Source: Octopus bimaculoides (lineage: Eukaryota). From it: 32,346 nucleotides of DNA. Under the pieces are notes generated by a model, which was not told where the DNA came from, made no database searches, and saw only the letters and a list, made by a program, of their open reading frames with translations. Of this stretch, positions 21,763-32,346 are shown piece by piece (position 1 is the stretch's first letter; every line of letters begins with the position of its first letter). The position numbers and the translations under genes are program-made. The stretch covers positions 110,519,541 through 110,551,886 of the forward strand of contig NC_068985.1 of NCBI RefSeq assembly GCF_001194135.2, written 5' to 3'.

Positions 21763-21784
21763 AATAATGATAATGATAGTAATG

Positions 21785-21838
<54 letters not shown>

Positions 21839-21880
21839 TTAATAATAATAATAATAATAATAATGATAATAATAATGATT

Positions 21881-21944
<64 letters not shown>

Positions 21945-21955
21945 TAATAATAATG
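21685..21955. repeat. (TAA)n microsatellite with TGA variants
   Basis: Read directly from the sequence. Confidence 0.97.
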
Positions 21956-21971
21956 TGGAACNNNNNNNNNN

Positions 21972-22340
21972 TCATAGGTGCCCTGGGAATGACAGCGAAA
22001 CGGGTTGATTACTACCTAGCTCAGATACCAGGAAACCCCAAAATGGCTGAAGTTCAAAAGGTAGTGCTCATGGGAACTGCCCATATCCTACATAAAATAC
22101 TGTCTATGTGATCTCAAATTTTAAAGCAAACACATAATTTTCTTATGGTTTCTTAAACATTCTCTAGAACAACACTATGTACAAATCCAAATATATGGTA
22201 CCCTAGGCATACCACCTACATGAACTTCTAACTTGTTTTCTCTTGAGGTCTCTGGGTGAGACTTGGATCCAACTTGTACAAATGCAAAACAAAAGTTAAA
22301 CATAAAATAATAATAATAAAACTAATAATAATAATAATAA
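21972..22340 (+). mobile_element. 3' end of an R4/Dong-like non-LTR retrotransposon (restriction-like endonuclease clade)
   Basis: IGALGMTAKRVDYYLAQIPGNPKMAEVQKVVLMGTAHILHKILSM* matches the recalled R4-type C-terminus IGALG...QKxxLxGTAxILRxxL. A 3' UTR and (AAT)n follow. Confidence 0.75.
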
Positions 22341-22534
22341 TAATCCTTTCTACTATTGGCAAGAGGTTTGAAATTTTGGTGGACGGAACTTGTCGATTAC
22401 ATCAACCCGAGTGCTCAACCTCTACATATTTTATCGACCCCGTAAGGTAAAGTCAACCTCGGTGGTATTTAAACTCAGAGCATAAAGTCAGACAAAATAC
22501 CGCCAGCATTTTGTCCAGCATGCTAACGATTACT
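22341..22534 (-). mobile_element. tRNA-derived SINE, family 3, copy C
   Basis: Aligns with copies A and B. Confidence 0.75.
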
Positions 22535-23119
22535 CAAGAGAATGATAATAAGATGAAGAAAGCAATGAGGAAATGCGAAAAAGAAGAACGAAAAAAAAAT
22601 ATATTAAAAATAATTAAAAAAAGGGAGAGAAGAGGACGAAGGATAAAAAGGAAAAGAGAAAGAAGGAGAGTAATAATAAGAAAAAAAAGAAAACGAAGAT
22701 GTTAAAGGCCGATACAATTAAAGATTAAAGGTCTTTTTATTGCTGCTATTTTAGTTAACATCGTTGGAATCTAGAATTTCTGGTCAGCAGTTCTAATTGA
22801 ACCTGATCCGGGACAAACAGCACGAATTAACAGGCAATTTAGTGACATTCAGTACAGTTAAAACACCCAACCTACACCCGTCTTTAATTGCACTAGTTCA
22901 AAGCTAGAAGACAAGATGGTTTGGCAAACGTGGTTATGCATGTGTTTTCGGTGGTGGGTTTTGAAGGTGAATGGTTGGTATTGGCGAGAGACGTGAGGTG
23001 TTGTGGAGGTGGTGCTTAAAAAATGAAATATAAAAAAGGTCATGTCAAAGATTGCTAATTGGAAAACCTAATTAGTTACAGCGTAAAACTGGTTTCAGAT
23101 GTAAAGGTTAGTCAAAGGC

Positions 23120-23143
23120 TATATATATATATATATATATATA

Positions 23144-23186
<43 letters not shown>

Positions 23187-23256
23187 CTATATATATATAT
23201 ATATATAAATATATATATATATACAGGCATACATATGTATATATACATATACATAT

Positions 23257-23287
<31 letters not shown>

Positions 23288-23374
23288 CACACATGCGTGC
23301 ATATATATATAAATATGAATAAATACTAACACATGTGTATCTCCAGTATGTATATATATGTGCATGTGTATGTG

Positions 23375-23440
<66 letters not shown>

Positions 23441-23462
23441 CATATATACATACACACACACA

Positions 23463-23497
<35 letters not shown>

Positions 23498-23720
23498 GTA
23501 TGTATATATACCTTTACATATATATAAATGACACACGTATATTATTTATGCATTTAGAGGCATATGGATTTATGCATTTATATATGTATATATTTTGCAT
23601 GTATATATAAGCATATGTGTATACGAATGTATATATATATGTATATACTTACATAAGAGAAGTAATGTATGTGTGTATGAGTGTGCTTGTGTGCTTATGC
23701 GTGCGTGTGCTTTTACAAGT
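23120..23720. repeat. (TA)n/(TG)n/(CA)n/(TACA)n low-complexity tract
   Basis: Read directly from the sequence. Confidence 0.9.
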
Positions 23721-23853
23721 ATATGGATGTGTACTTCGAAAAAATTAAAAAAAACTTTACCGGGATTAGATATTAAAAATTTTTAAACGTCACTAATAAT
23801 CAATGCCATTATCATATTTTTCCCATTCCTCTCCCTCAATATTAGAAGTAACG

Positions 23854-23854
<1 letters not shown>

Positions 23855-23894
<40 letters not shown>

Positions 23895-23955
23895 GTCATC
23901 ATCAACAATAATAACTAGAAGAAGGACAACAACAACAACAACAGCAACAACAACG
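23855..23955. repeat. (CAT)n followed by (CAA)n
   Basis: Read directly from the sequence. Confidence 0.9.
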
Positions 23956-24934
23956 ACCATATTAAATGAATAATATTTGAAGGCCATCCTCTATGACATT
24001 TTCCTCATATTTCCAAATTGGTGCTTATTAGCGTAACGTACTCGCACATTTACAGAGGCACAAATACAAACATAAGCTACTAACACACACACACACACAC
24101 ACTCACACACACACACACACACACATTTTTATTTATATGTATATTTGCATATATATATACATATATATATACATATATANNNNNNNNNNNNNNNNNNNNN
24201 NNNNNNNNNNNNNNNNNNNNNNNNNNNNNNNNNNNNNNNNNNNNNNNNNNNNNNNNNNNNNNNNNNNNNNNNNNNNNNNNNNNNNNNNNNNNNNNNNNNN
24301 NNNNNNNNNNNNNNNNNNNNNNNNNNNNNNNNNNNNNNNNNNNNNNNNNNNNNNNNNNNNNNNNNNNNNNNNNNNNNNNNNNNNNNNNNNNNNNNNNNNN
24401 NNNNNNNNNNNNNNNNNNNNNNNNNNNNNNNNNNNNNNNNNNNNNNNNNNNNNNNNNNNNNNNNNNNNNNNNNNNNNNNNNNNNNNNNNNNNNNNNNNNN
24501 NNNNNNNNNNNNNNNNNNNNNNNNNNNNNNNNNNNNNNNNNNNNNNNNNNNNNNNNNNNNNNNNNNNNNNNNNNNNNNNNNNNNNNNNNNNNNNNNNNNN
24601 NNNNNNNNNNNNNNNNNNNNNNNNNNNNNNNNNNNNNNNNNNNNNNNNNNNNNNNNNNNNNNNNNNNNNNNNNNNNNNNNNNNNNNNNNNNNNNNNNNNN
24701 NNNNNNNNNNNTATATATATATATATGTATGTATGTATATGCATGCATATATGTCTGTGCGTGTTAACATATACATGCATGTATTTGTGAGTGTTGTTCC
24801 TTAGTAGATAAGTTGCATATGAACCCTATGTCAATAAAGGTTGTCTAATTCACCAGCTGTCACGGGACTTGAACTCTTATGCCGTTCTCACGATGTTCTT
24901 TGTCAAAATTGCTGACCTCTCTTCCCTACACCAC

Positions 24935-25486
24935 CGTCGTCATCGTCGTCGTTGTCATCATCATCTTCCTGTACTTCGTCGGCGTTGGCGTCTCGTCGTC
25001 GTCATCATCATCATCTTCTTCCTCTTCGTTGTCGTCATCATCATCATCATCATCCTCCTCCTCCTCCTCATCATCATCTTCTTCCTCGTCGTTGTCATCA
25101 TCATCATCATCTTCTTCCTCGTCATTGTCATCATCATCATCCTCCTCCTCATCATCATCTTCTTCCTCGTCGTTGTCATCATCATCATCATCCTCCTCCT
25201 CATCATCATCTTCTTCCTCGTCATTGTCATCATCATCATCATCATCTTCTTCCTCGTCATTGTCATCATCATCATCATCCTCCTCCTCATCATCATCTTC
25301 TTCCTCGTCGTTGTCATCATCATCATCATCCTCCTCCTCATCATCATCTTCTTCCTCGTCATTGTCATCCTCCTCCTCCTCCTCCTCCTCCTCATTTTCT
25401 TCCTCTTCGTTGTCATCCTCCTCCTCCTCCTCCTCCTCATCTTCTTCCTCTTCCTCCTCGTTGTCATCATCATCGTCATCATCATC
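24935..25486. repeat. Higher-order trinucleotide minisatellite built from TCA/TCC/TCT/TCG/TTG triplets
   Basis: A recurring anchor tcttcttcctcgtc(g/a)ttgtca delimits units of about 33-36 bp and about 48-51 bp. Confidence 0.9.
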
Positions 25487-25508
25487 TCTACCATTCCCCA
25501 CCTTTGCT

Positions 25509-25675
25509 GCATTTCGTCCCTCTTTATGTTCTGAGTTCAAATTCCGCCGAGATCGACTTTACCATTCTTGCTATCAGGATCGATAAAATAAGTACCAGTT
25601 ACGCACTGGGGTCGAGCTCATCGACTTGTCCTCTCCCCCGAACTTGCTGGCTTTGTGCCAAAATTTGAAACCATT
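25509..25675 (+). mobile_element. SINE family 3, copy D (5'-truncated), followed by (TTC)n at 25675-25745
   Basis: gttctgagttcaaattccgccgag...gataaaataagtaccagtt...ggggtcga...aaatttgaaacca. Confidence 0.8.
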
Positions 25676-26413
25676 CTTCTTCTTCTTCTTCTTCTTCTTC
25701 TTCTTCTTCTTCTTCTTCTTCTTCTTCTTCTTCTTCTTCTTCTTCGTATTTATTAGGTAGTATGATTTCTTGTTTGTATTTGTCAGCTTCCTTAAATATT
25801 GAAAACAGTTTTTTGTTTTGCTCGTGTTTTGTAGCTATTTGTATTAGTTTTCCTTNNNNNNNNNNNNNNNNNNNNNNNNNNNNNNNNNNNNNNNNNNNNN
25901 NNNNNNNNNNNNNNNNNNNNNNNNNNNNNNNNNNNNNNNNNNNNNNNNNNNNNNNNNNNNNNNNNNNNNNNNNNNNNNNNNNNNNNNNNNNNNNNNNNNN
26001 NNNNNNNNNNNNNNNNNNNNNNNNNNNNNNNNNNNNNNNNNNNNNNNNNNNNNNNNNNNNNNNNNNNNNNNNNNNNNNNNNNNNNNNNNNNNNNNNNNNN
26101 NNNNNNNNNNNNNNNNNNNNNNNNNNNNNNNNNNNNNNNNNNNNNNNNNNNNNNNNNNNNNNNNNNNNNNNNNNNNNNNNNNNNNNNNNNNNNNNNNNNN
26201 NNNNNNNNNNNNNNNNNNNNNNNNNNNNNNNNNNNNNNNNNNNNNNNNNNNNNNNNNNNNNNNNNNNNNNNNNNNNNNNNNNNNNNNNNNNNNNNNNNNN
26301 NNNNNNNNNNNNNNNNNNNNNNNNNNNNNNNNNNNNNNNNNNNNNNNNNNNNNNNNNNNNNNNNNNNNNNNNNNNNNNNNNNNNNNNNNNNNNNNNNNNN
26401 NNNNNNNNNNNNN

Positions 26414-26458
<45 letters not shown>

Positions 26459-27023
26459 AATATATATACCAATATATATACCAATACACATGCGAGTCAC
26501 CTAATGATCATAGTTGTTTACTGGGCCATAGCTGTATTTATAAGAACTGGACAATAAGACTAGATGAAGTCCATTGATTCTTTGCGTTGATTCCATATTT
26601 TATGTTTAATGTTAGCAGCCTTATTCATTACGCTACATTTGTAATTATATTTTTCTTTGTGAATCAACGTTGGTCCCGCGCGGCATAAACAAGATTTTTC
26701 ATTTCTTTTACGTGAGACCTTTAAACCATCGTTAGCTTTCGCACTGTGTTACTTCCTCTCTGTCGTCTTTTGTAAGGTTATTGTCCATGGGGGATGCTTT
26801 CCATATCATTGTTGTTGTTCTTTTTTCTTTAGTAAATTTTGAAGTGTTTTGTTTCAATATTTTTGTTTATATTTCTTTTTCTTTTTTTTTCTATTGTTTT
26901 ATCCTTATCTAAGCATTTTTTTTCTCCAGTGCAATTAGCTTATAGTCTGTACTTTATTGATTGATTATTTATGCACACACACACACACACACAGACACAC
27001 ACACACGCTCGCGCGCGCGCGTA

Positions 27024-27059
<36 letters not shown>

Positions 27060-27424
27060 TGTATTTATGCGTGTATCTCTCTCTCCCCCTCTCTATCTTC
27101 CTCTCTCTCTCCTCCTCTGTCTTTCTCTCTATATATATCAAAGGTTTTATTTTTTCCTTCTTCCATCATTTTTCTTGTTATTGTTGTTGTTGTTATTATA
27201 AATTCTATCGATTACCTATGACTGGTTAAATTTCTTGGCTAAAGCACAAGGCATAATATATAAGAATAATATTTATGTACATTCACACACACACACACAC
27301 ACACACATACACACACTCACTCTCTCTCTCACACACACACACACACTCACACGCATGTATGCACTCGTCTACAAGTTCACACATATACACACATGCTTAT
27401 CTATCTATCTATCTATCTATCTAT

Positions 27425-27727
27425 TCCACAAAAGCGTTCTATAGAGGATTAGTGGAGGGGAGGTGCGACGACAATCTCGGGCAGAATCTGGGCGTCGACG
27501 AGGAACACCTGACCCGCCTTTTCAGGACAACTTTCGGGCCGGGACCTATGGACAACCACCAGAGATCCCTGGCCTGGCAGTGCTATCGAGAAGCATTACC
27601 CGTTCGGGATAAGCTTTACAGACACGGTTCGAGACACACCGGACCGACATGCCCGAGATGCGGTCAGAGCGACGAAACCGTTCTGCACGCACTCGTGCAG
27701 TGTCCAAAGATTTCTTACCTGTGGGCT
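27425..27727 (+). mobile_element. L1/Tx1-clade LINE ORF2 C-terminal fragment with zinc knuckle
   Basis: Open frame STKAFYRGL...SLAWQCYREALPVRDKL...CPRCGQSDETVLHALVQCP...W. The C-X2-C-X8-H-X4-C motif lies at 27650-27703. The fragment runs into a gap. Confidence 0.8.
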
Positions 27728-28335
27728 NNNNNNNNNNNNNNNNNNNNNNNNNNNNNNNNNNNNNNNNNNNNNNNNNNNNNNNNNNNNNNNNNNNNNNNNN
27801 NNNNNNNNNNNNNNNNNNNNNNNNNNNNNNNNNNNNNNNNNNNNNNNNNNNNNNNNNNNNNNNNNNNNNNNNNNNNNNNNNNNNNNNNNNNNNNNNNNNN
27901 NNNNNNNNNNNNNNNNNNNNNNNNNNNNNNNNNNNNNNNNNNNNNNNNNNNNNNNNNNNNNNNNNNNNNNNNNNNNNNNNNNNNNNNNNNNNNNNNNNNN
28001 NNNNNNNNNNNNNNNNNNNNNNNNNNNNNNNNNNNNNNNNNNNNNNNNNNNNNNNNNNNNNNNNNNNNNNNNNNNNNNNNNNNNNNNNNNNNNNNNNNNN
28101 NNNNNNNNNNNNNNNNNNNNNNNNNNNNNNNNNNNNNNNNNNNNNNNNNNNNNNNNNNNNNNNNNNNNNNNNNNNNNNNNNNNNNNNNNNNNNNNNNNNN
28201 NNNNNNNNNNNNNNNNNNNNNNNNNNNNNNNNNNNNNNNNNNNNNNNNNNNNNNNNNNNNNNNNNNNNNNNNNNNNNNNNNNNNNNNNNNNNNNNNNNNN
28301 NNNNNNNNNNNNNNNNNNNNNNNNNNNNNNNNNNN

Positions 28336-28447
28336 TACCGATCCCTTTTGATCGGATTTTTTTTTTCTTTTTTTTTTCTTAAAGAAAAGCTCTACAGTTG
28401 TATTTGTCCCCTCTGTGTGCAGCCCTGTGTGGCTAATAAAAGAAAGT
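28336..28447 (+). mobile_element. LINE 3' UTR end, copy 1, followed by (TATC)n
   Basis: gatcccttttgatcg...aaagaaaagctctaca..tgtatttgtccc...agccctgtgtggctAATAAAagaaa, then (TATC)n at 28448-28467. The link to the Tx1-like ORF across the gap is inferred. Confidence 0.6.
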
Positions 28448-28467
28448 TATCTATCTATCTATCTATC

Positions 28468-28616
28468 TTTTTTTTCTCGATCTCTTTTTCCCTTCCTACG
28501 ATCCCTTTTGATCGACACACCCTTTTTTTCTTTTTCCTTCCCCCTCCCAAAAAGAAAAGCTCTACATTGTATTTGTCCCATCTTTGTTGAGCCCTGTGTG
28601 GCTAATAAAAGAAATG
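28468..28616 (+). mobile_element. LINE 3' UTR end, copy 2 (tandem), followed by a TATC-derived microsatellite
   Basis: Diverged direct repeat of 28336-28447 with AATAAA at 28604-28609. Confidence 0.6.
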
Positions 28617-28689
28617 TATCGATCTATCTATCTGTCTGTCTGAGTGTCTGTCTGTCCATCTGTCTGTCTGTCTGTCTGTCTGCCTGTCT

Positions 28690-28736
<47 letters not shown>

Positions 28737-28845
28737 TATCTATCTATCTGTCTATCTATCGATCTATCTGTCTATCTATGAAAATGTCTGTCTATTTATG
28801 TATGTATGTATGTATGTATGTATGTATGTATGTATGTATGTATGT
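28617..28845. repeat. Compound tetranucleotide microsatellite (TATC)-(TGTC)-(TCAA)-(TATC)-(TATG)
   Basis: Read directly from the sequence. Confidence 0.95.
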
Positions 28846-29535
28846 GTGGCTACCTAGACAAATGAATGACACACTTTGTTGCCGTAAGAAGCACGTAAGA
28901 ACCTTCACACTCATTGACATAACATGAAAACTGCTCACACCAAACAACGCCATTTCTCCCGTACATCCCCGTCGAACATAAAACATGAAATTGGAAGTTA
29001 TTCTAAGCGAGTCTTCTGCTTGAAGAATATATAGTTAAGTGCACTCTATTATATCGAAAACTATTTATAGTCAATGGAGACTATAATCGTAATGAGCAGA
29101 AAATTCATGGTCTAGAGTTCAGTCGGTTCAAAATTATTTTCAGCTCATGTTAAATATGGTAAATTGCATTTGACAAAAATAAAGCACATACCAAACAGAG
29201 ATAGCAGCATCAACAACAGCATTAGACGCATTAGTAACTGCAGTAGCCACAACAGCAGCAGCAGTAACATCATCAGCTTCATATACTGTACTAAGATACA
29301 ACTGTAGTGCTCTAACTGTGGTTTCTTATTCGCTTCTGTTGTAGCCACTACTAGAATGTATTAGTGCAATTAGTTAGAGGAATACACGTCCAGACTGTCC
29401 CACTGCGTTATGTATGATTCATCACTGCATGATGAAATATGCATTGAGATGGTGTCATGGTGCATCTGGAACGGTATATCTTTGGGCTGCATCTTGACAT
29501 TCGGTTGACTATTTACATTCCATGAGCTGATCATG

Positions 29536-29760
29536 TGCTCATGATGCAGGAAACTGCCAAATTTATTTAATTTCTTCTTATAGGTATTTCAGCACGTTAT
29601 ACCGTATTTGATGGCATATAAAACTCACTTTTTTTTTCCTAAAAAATGTTTTAAAAAATTCCTCCGTATCCTGCATGTCACTGATTCTCAACCGGAGTTC
29701 ATACGGCCCTTAAGGGATCCATATAAGATATTTTTGTTAAACTTCATCTGCAATAAATTG
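29536..29760 (+). repeat. Left arm of outer inverted repeat (partner 30578-30782)
   Basis: Aligns by eye at roughly 80% to the reverse complement of 30578-30782. It includes a hAT TIR-like CACTGATTCTCAACC at 29679-29693 plus about 145 bp of outside flank. Confidence 0.9.
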
Positions 29761-29787
29761 AAGGTGGAAAGAAGAGAAAGGGAAAAG

Positions 29788-30135
29788 GCTAGAAATATAT
29801 TAAAAAAATTGTAGTACAAAGATATATTTTTCAACGCGTAAATACTGATAGAACAGTATACATGGGATAATGTCCCTTACACAGAAGAAAAATATCTGTT
29901 AGCAACCAGCCATGAGAATCGGACTCACAACCCTTTGCTTTCTGGTTAAGTGCTCTACCATTAAGCTAATCTGCTTTACTGACAAATTCTTCTGCAATTT
30001 AGAACTTATAAAGTTATCCAGAAACGCTGACAGATTTTTCTGCTCTGTAAGGGATATTATCCCATGTATACTGTTCTATCAGTATTTACGCGTTGAAAAA
30101 TATATCTTTCTACTTGAACTACAATACATTTCAGC
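29788..30135. mobile_element. Foldback/MITE-like unit: inverted arms enclosing a tRNA-like cassette
   Basis: Core arms 29818-29881 and 30046-30109 are complementary at 63 of 64 positions, and the one exception is a G.U pair in plus-strand RNA. Looser complementarity extends inward to 29903/30026 and outward to about 29788/30135. Confidence 0.75.
29901..29975 (-). pseudogene. tRNA-like sequence (tRNA pseudogene or SINE head)
   Basis: TAGCTTAATGGTAGAGCA gives a D arm/A box. GTGAG-TCCGATT-CTCAT gives a T arm/B box with one substitution. Anticodon and acceptor stems do not pair properly. Confidence 0.7.
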
Positions 30136-30396
30136 GCTTCAAAAACAAACTTTAGTTTGTTTACATATGACGTAATTTATATTAAAAAATATTTTAACAA
30201 TTTTTTTTGTATACAATTCCAAATAATATTTAACAACGATGGCATCTACAAGGACTACGACAACATACACATACCATATTTGATGATATAGAAGACGCAC
30301 AGCTATACTGGATGAAACTCTAGTTTCAGCAGCGCATTCTCAGGAAAAACGTTTTCAGCGGATTAAAGCTTATTGGAAGCCCAACATTAAGTACAG

Positions 30397-30636
30397 CAGT
30401 GTTTCTTAACCATTTTTTTTTTACTTATAGAGACCTTTCGATTCCTATTTTATTCTACTTGATTTCCTCCAGCCATTGGATGCTTTAAAAAATCCTATTA
30501 TATTTCTTAGTTAAATATTATTAAGAATTGTTATAAGAAAAGTTGTCCAATTATTTTGTGTACTGTAAAAGTAAAACCAATTTATTGCAGATGTTTAACA
30601 ACAAAATCTTATATGAACTCCGGTTGAGAACCACTG
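30397..30636. mobile_element. hAT-type MITE
   Basis: 15-bp TIRs: CAGTGTTTCTTAACC at 30397 and the reverse complement of CAGTGGTTCTCAACC ending at 30636. The 8-bp flanks AAGTACAG and ACATGCAG match at only 5 of 8 positions, so the TSD is not established. Confidence 0.7.
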
Positions 30637-30782
30637 ACATGCAGGATTCAGAGGAATTTTAAAAGCATTTTTTTTGGGGGGGGGAGAAAAGTGCGTTTTA
30701 TATGCCATCAAATACATTATGACATGCTGAAATACATATAAGAAAGCTGAAATAATTTTGGCAGTTTTCCGCATCGTGAGCA
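30578..30782 (-). repeat. Right arm of outer inverted repeat
   Basis: See 29536-29760. Lacks a 20-bp segment present in the left arm. Confidence 0.9.
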
Positions 30783-31304
30783 TGCGACGCATAAAAGAGA
30801 CTATTCTCATAAGATGGTAGATTTCCTGTGCCGTGAATTTATAATTACAGCGTGATGTATTTTGAGTGAAAATTGACAGATTTACTCACCAATGTTAGAA
30901 AATGTGACTCAGATAGCTAGCTATCAGTTAGCGACAGATTGATTAGTTGAGAATGGTCACGTGGTGAGGTAAATGTTTTTGAAAGTCATGGTTGCTGCGC
31001 TGCTATTTGATTTTATAAACATGTTCGAGGGTAGTAGAGATATTGCATTTCAAAAAAGGGGCCAAACTTGTTGGAAAGGTGGTAGATAATATTTTGGGCT
31101 TCAACCAAGTCAGCCGCTAGGTTCTGAAGCTTTATTGCACCAATGTCAAGAGAAGCAAGATGTTCTAGATATGGTGACACTACTCGTCTTGTTGTACTCC
31201 CCTGGAGAGACTCGAGATCGATAATCTGGGCAAGATGGTGGAGTTCCTGACTGGCGATGCAAACTGAGTCAAGATTTTAAAATTAATCAATATCACACTC
31301 CTCA

Positions 31305-31447
31305 AAGGCGGTGAGCTGGCAGAATCATTAGTACGCCAGTATGAATGCTTAACGGCATTTTGACCGTCATTTGGACACTGGAGTCGATGGCCTTGTGCTG
31401 GCCTTGTGCTGGCCTTGTGCTGGCCTTGTGCCTAAATTTGAAACCAG
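31305..31447 (+). mobile_element. SINE family 3, copy E, internally deleted, with 4x 11-bp tandem repeat
   Basis: Head aaggcggtgagctggcagaatcattag, (TGGCCTTGTGC)x4 at 31388-31431, and 3' end aaatttgaaacca. Confidence 0.75.
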
Positions 31448-31899
31448 TATTACACCTCTCACAAAATATGTAATTTCAAGTTTCAAGAAATAAATTTTCT
31501 TTGCTCACTACATTACATAAAGTATATTAGCGTTCATTTAATTATATATTTTTAATACAGCAGGCGTCCCTGAGTATCCACCTCTTCCTTCTACTGCATT
31601 CTTTCCAAATTATGATATGTATTTGAATGTATAATTCATAATTCATAATTCATGATTCATAATTCAATTGATGTCTGAACGAGGATATTTTTACGTTTAT
31701 GTACGAAGTTTCAGTTTCAAGTGCAGAGTTAGCATTATTTACGTAGCCACCGTTACACACTTGAAACTTCTGGAAAGAAAATACCCACAGGACAAGGTTA
31801 CCTCTCGGGTTGTTCGACTAATGTGTTGTGGAAAGTGAAATTATATTACTAGCAGACAGAGAAACATACTCCCGCAGAGATGCTAATAAAGATAGGTAG

Positions 31900-31914
31900 G
31901 GAGATAGAAAAATT

Positions 31915-31965
<51 letters not shown>

Positions 31966-32305
31966 GTAGAAATGTATATGTGTGTGTATGCATGTATGTA
32001 AGTGTGTGTGTGTGTGTATGAATGTGTGTATGTATGTGCACACATCTATATACATCTATACGTTCACATACATATATCTATAAACGTATGCGCTTGTGTA
32101 AATTTATCTGTATGCGCGCGCGCGTATGTAGATATATATATATAAATATATATATAAGTATATATTAATATGAATGTGTATATATATGTATATACGCATA
32201 TATATATATGTATATATATATGCGTATATACATATATATATATACAGATTCATATTAATATATACTTATATATTTATATATATCTACATACGCGCGCACG
32301 CACAT

Positions 32306-32346
<41 letters not shown>
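31900..32346. repeat. (GATA)n/(TG)n/(TA)n low-complexity tract
   Basis: Read directly from the sequence. Confidence 0.95.

Larger units (their letters stand above)
2539..28335. other. Eleven assembly gaps: 2539-3241, 5001-5759, 9275-9880, 12085-12423, 14507-14983, 16055-16371, 20253-20503, 21962-21971, 24180-24711, 25856-26413, 27728-28335
   Basis: Runs of N, mostly flanked by microsatellites. Confidence 0.98.

Noticed and set aside
24926-25540. 204-aa Asp/Glu-rich ORF resembling an acidic nucleolar or chaperone tract (and overlapping poly-Ser and poly-His ORFs)
   Set aside because: Its ATG lies inside a SINE copy, there is no non-repetitive domain, and triplet repeats lack stops in several frames by composition.
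2429-28590. Long ORFs containing X runs
   Set aside because: They stay open only because they cross N-gaps. Only the Tigger and Tx1-like parts have real coding signal.
4846-31447. SINE heads and the 29901-29975 cassette as functional tRNA genes
   Set aside because: A/B boxes are present but the acceptor and anticodon stems do not form a cloverleaf.

Overview
This is AT-rich, microsatellite-dense eukaryotic DNA from a draft assembly, with 11 N-gaps totalling about 5.2 kb. The SINE families resemble, from recollection rather than a search, those abundant in octopus genomes, so a cephalopod source is inferred. No host protein-coding gene can be supported, and most ORF-track entries are microsatellite or N-gap artefacts. 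The window is a layered collection of transposon remnants. DNA elements: a Tc1 element with DD36E spacing, an internally deleted mariner-like element, a Tigger/pogo element, a hAT-type MITE, and a Helitron with both termini and a Rep/helicase fragment. Retroelements: two Penelope-like (PLE) fragments, RTE, R4/Dong-like and Tx1/L1-like LINE fragments, and at least four SINE families. The main leads are: (1) a type I hammerhead ribozyme with a complete catalytic core at 3294-3346, plus two degenerate PLE-linked hammerheads; (2) a tRNA-like cassette enclosed by near-perfect inverted repeats, nested inside a larger inverted duplication (29.5-30.8 kb); (3) a Tx1-like LINE whose junctions all sit in (TATC)n; and (4) a 145-bp GT...AG-bounded dispersed repeat whose removal restores the local Tc1 transposase reading frame.
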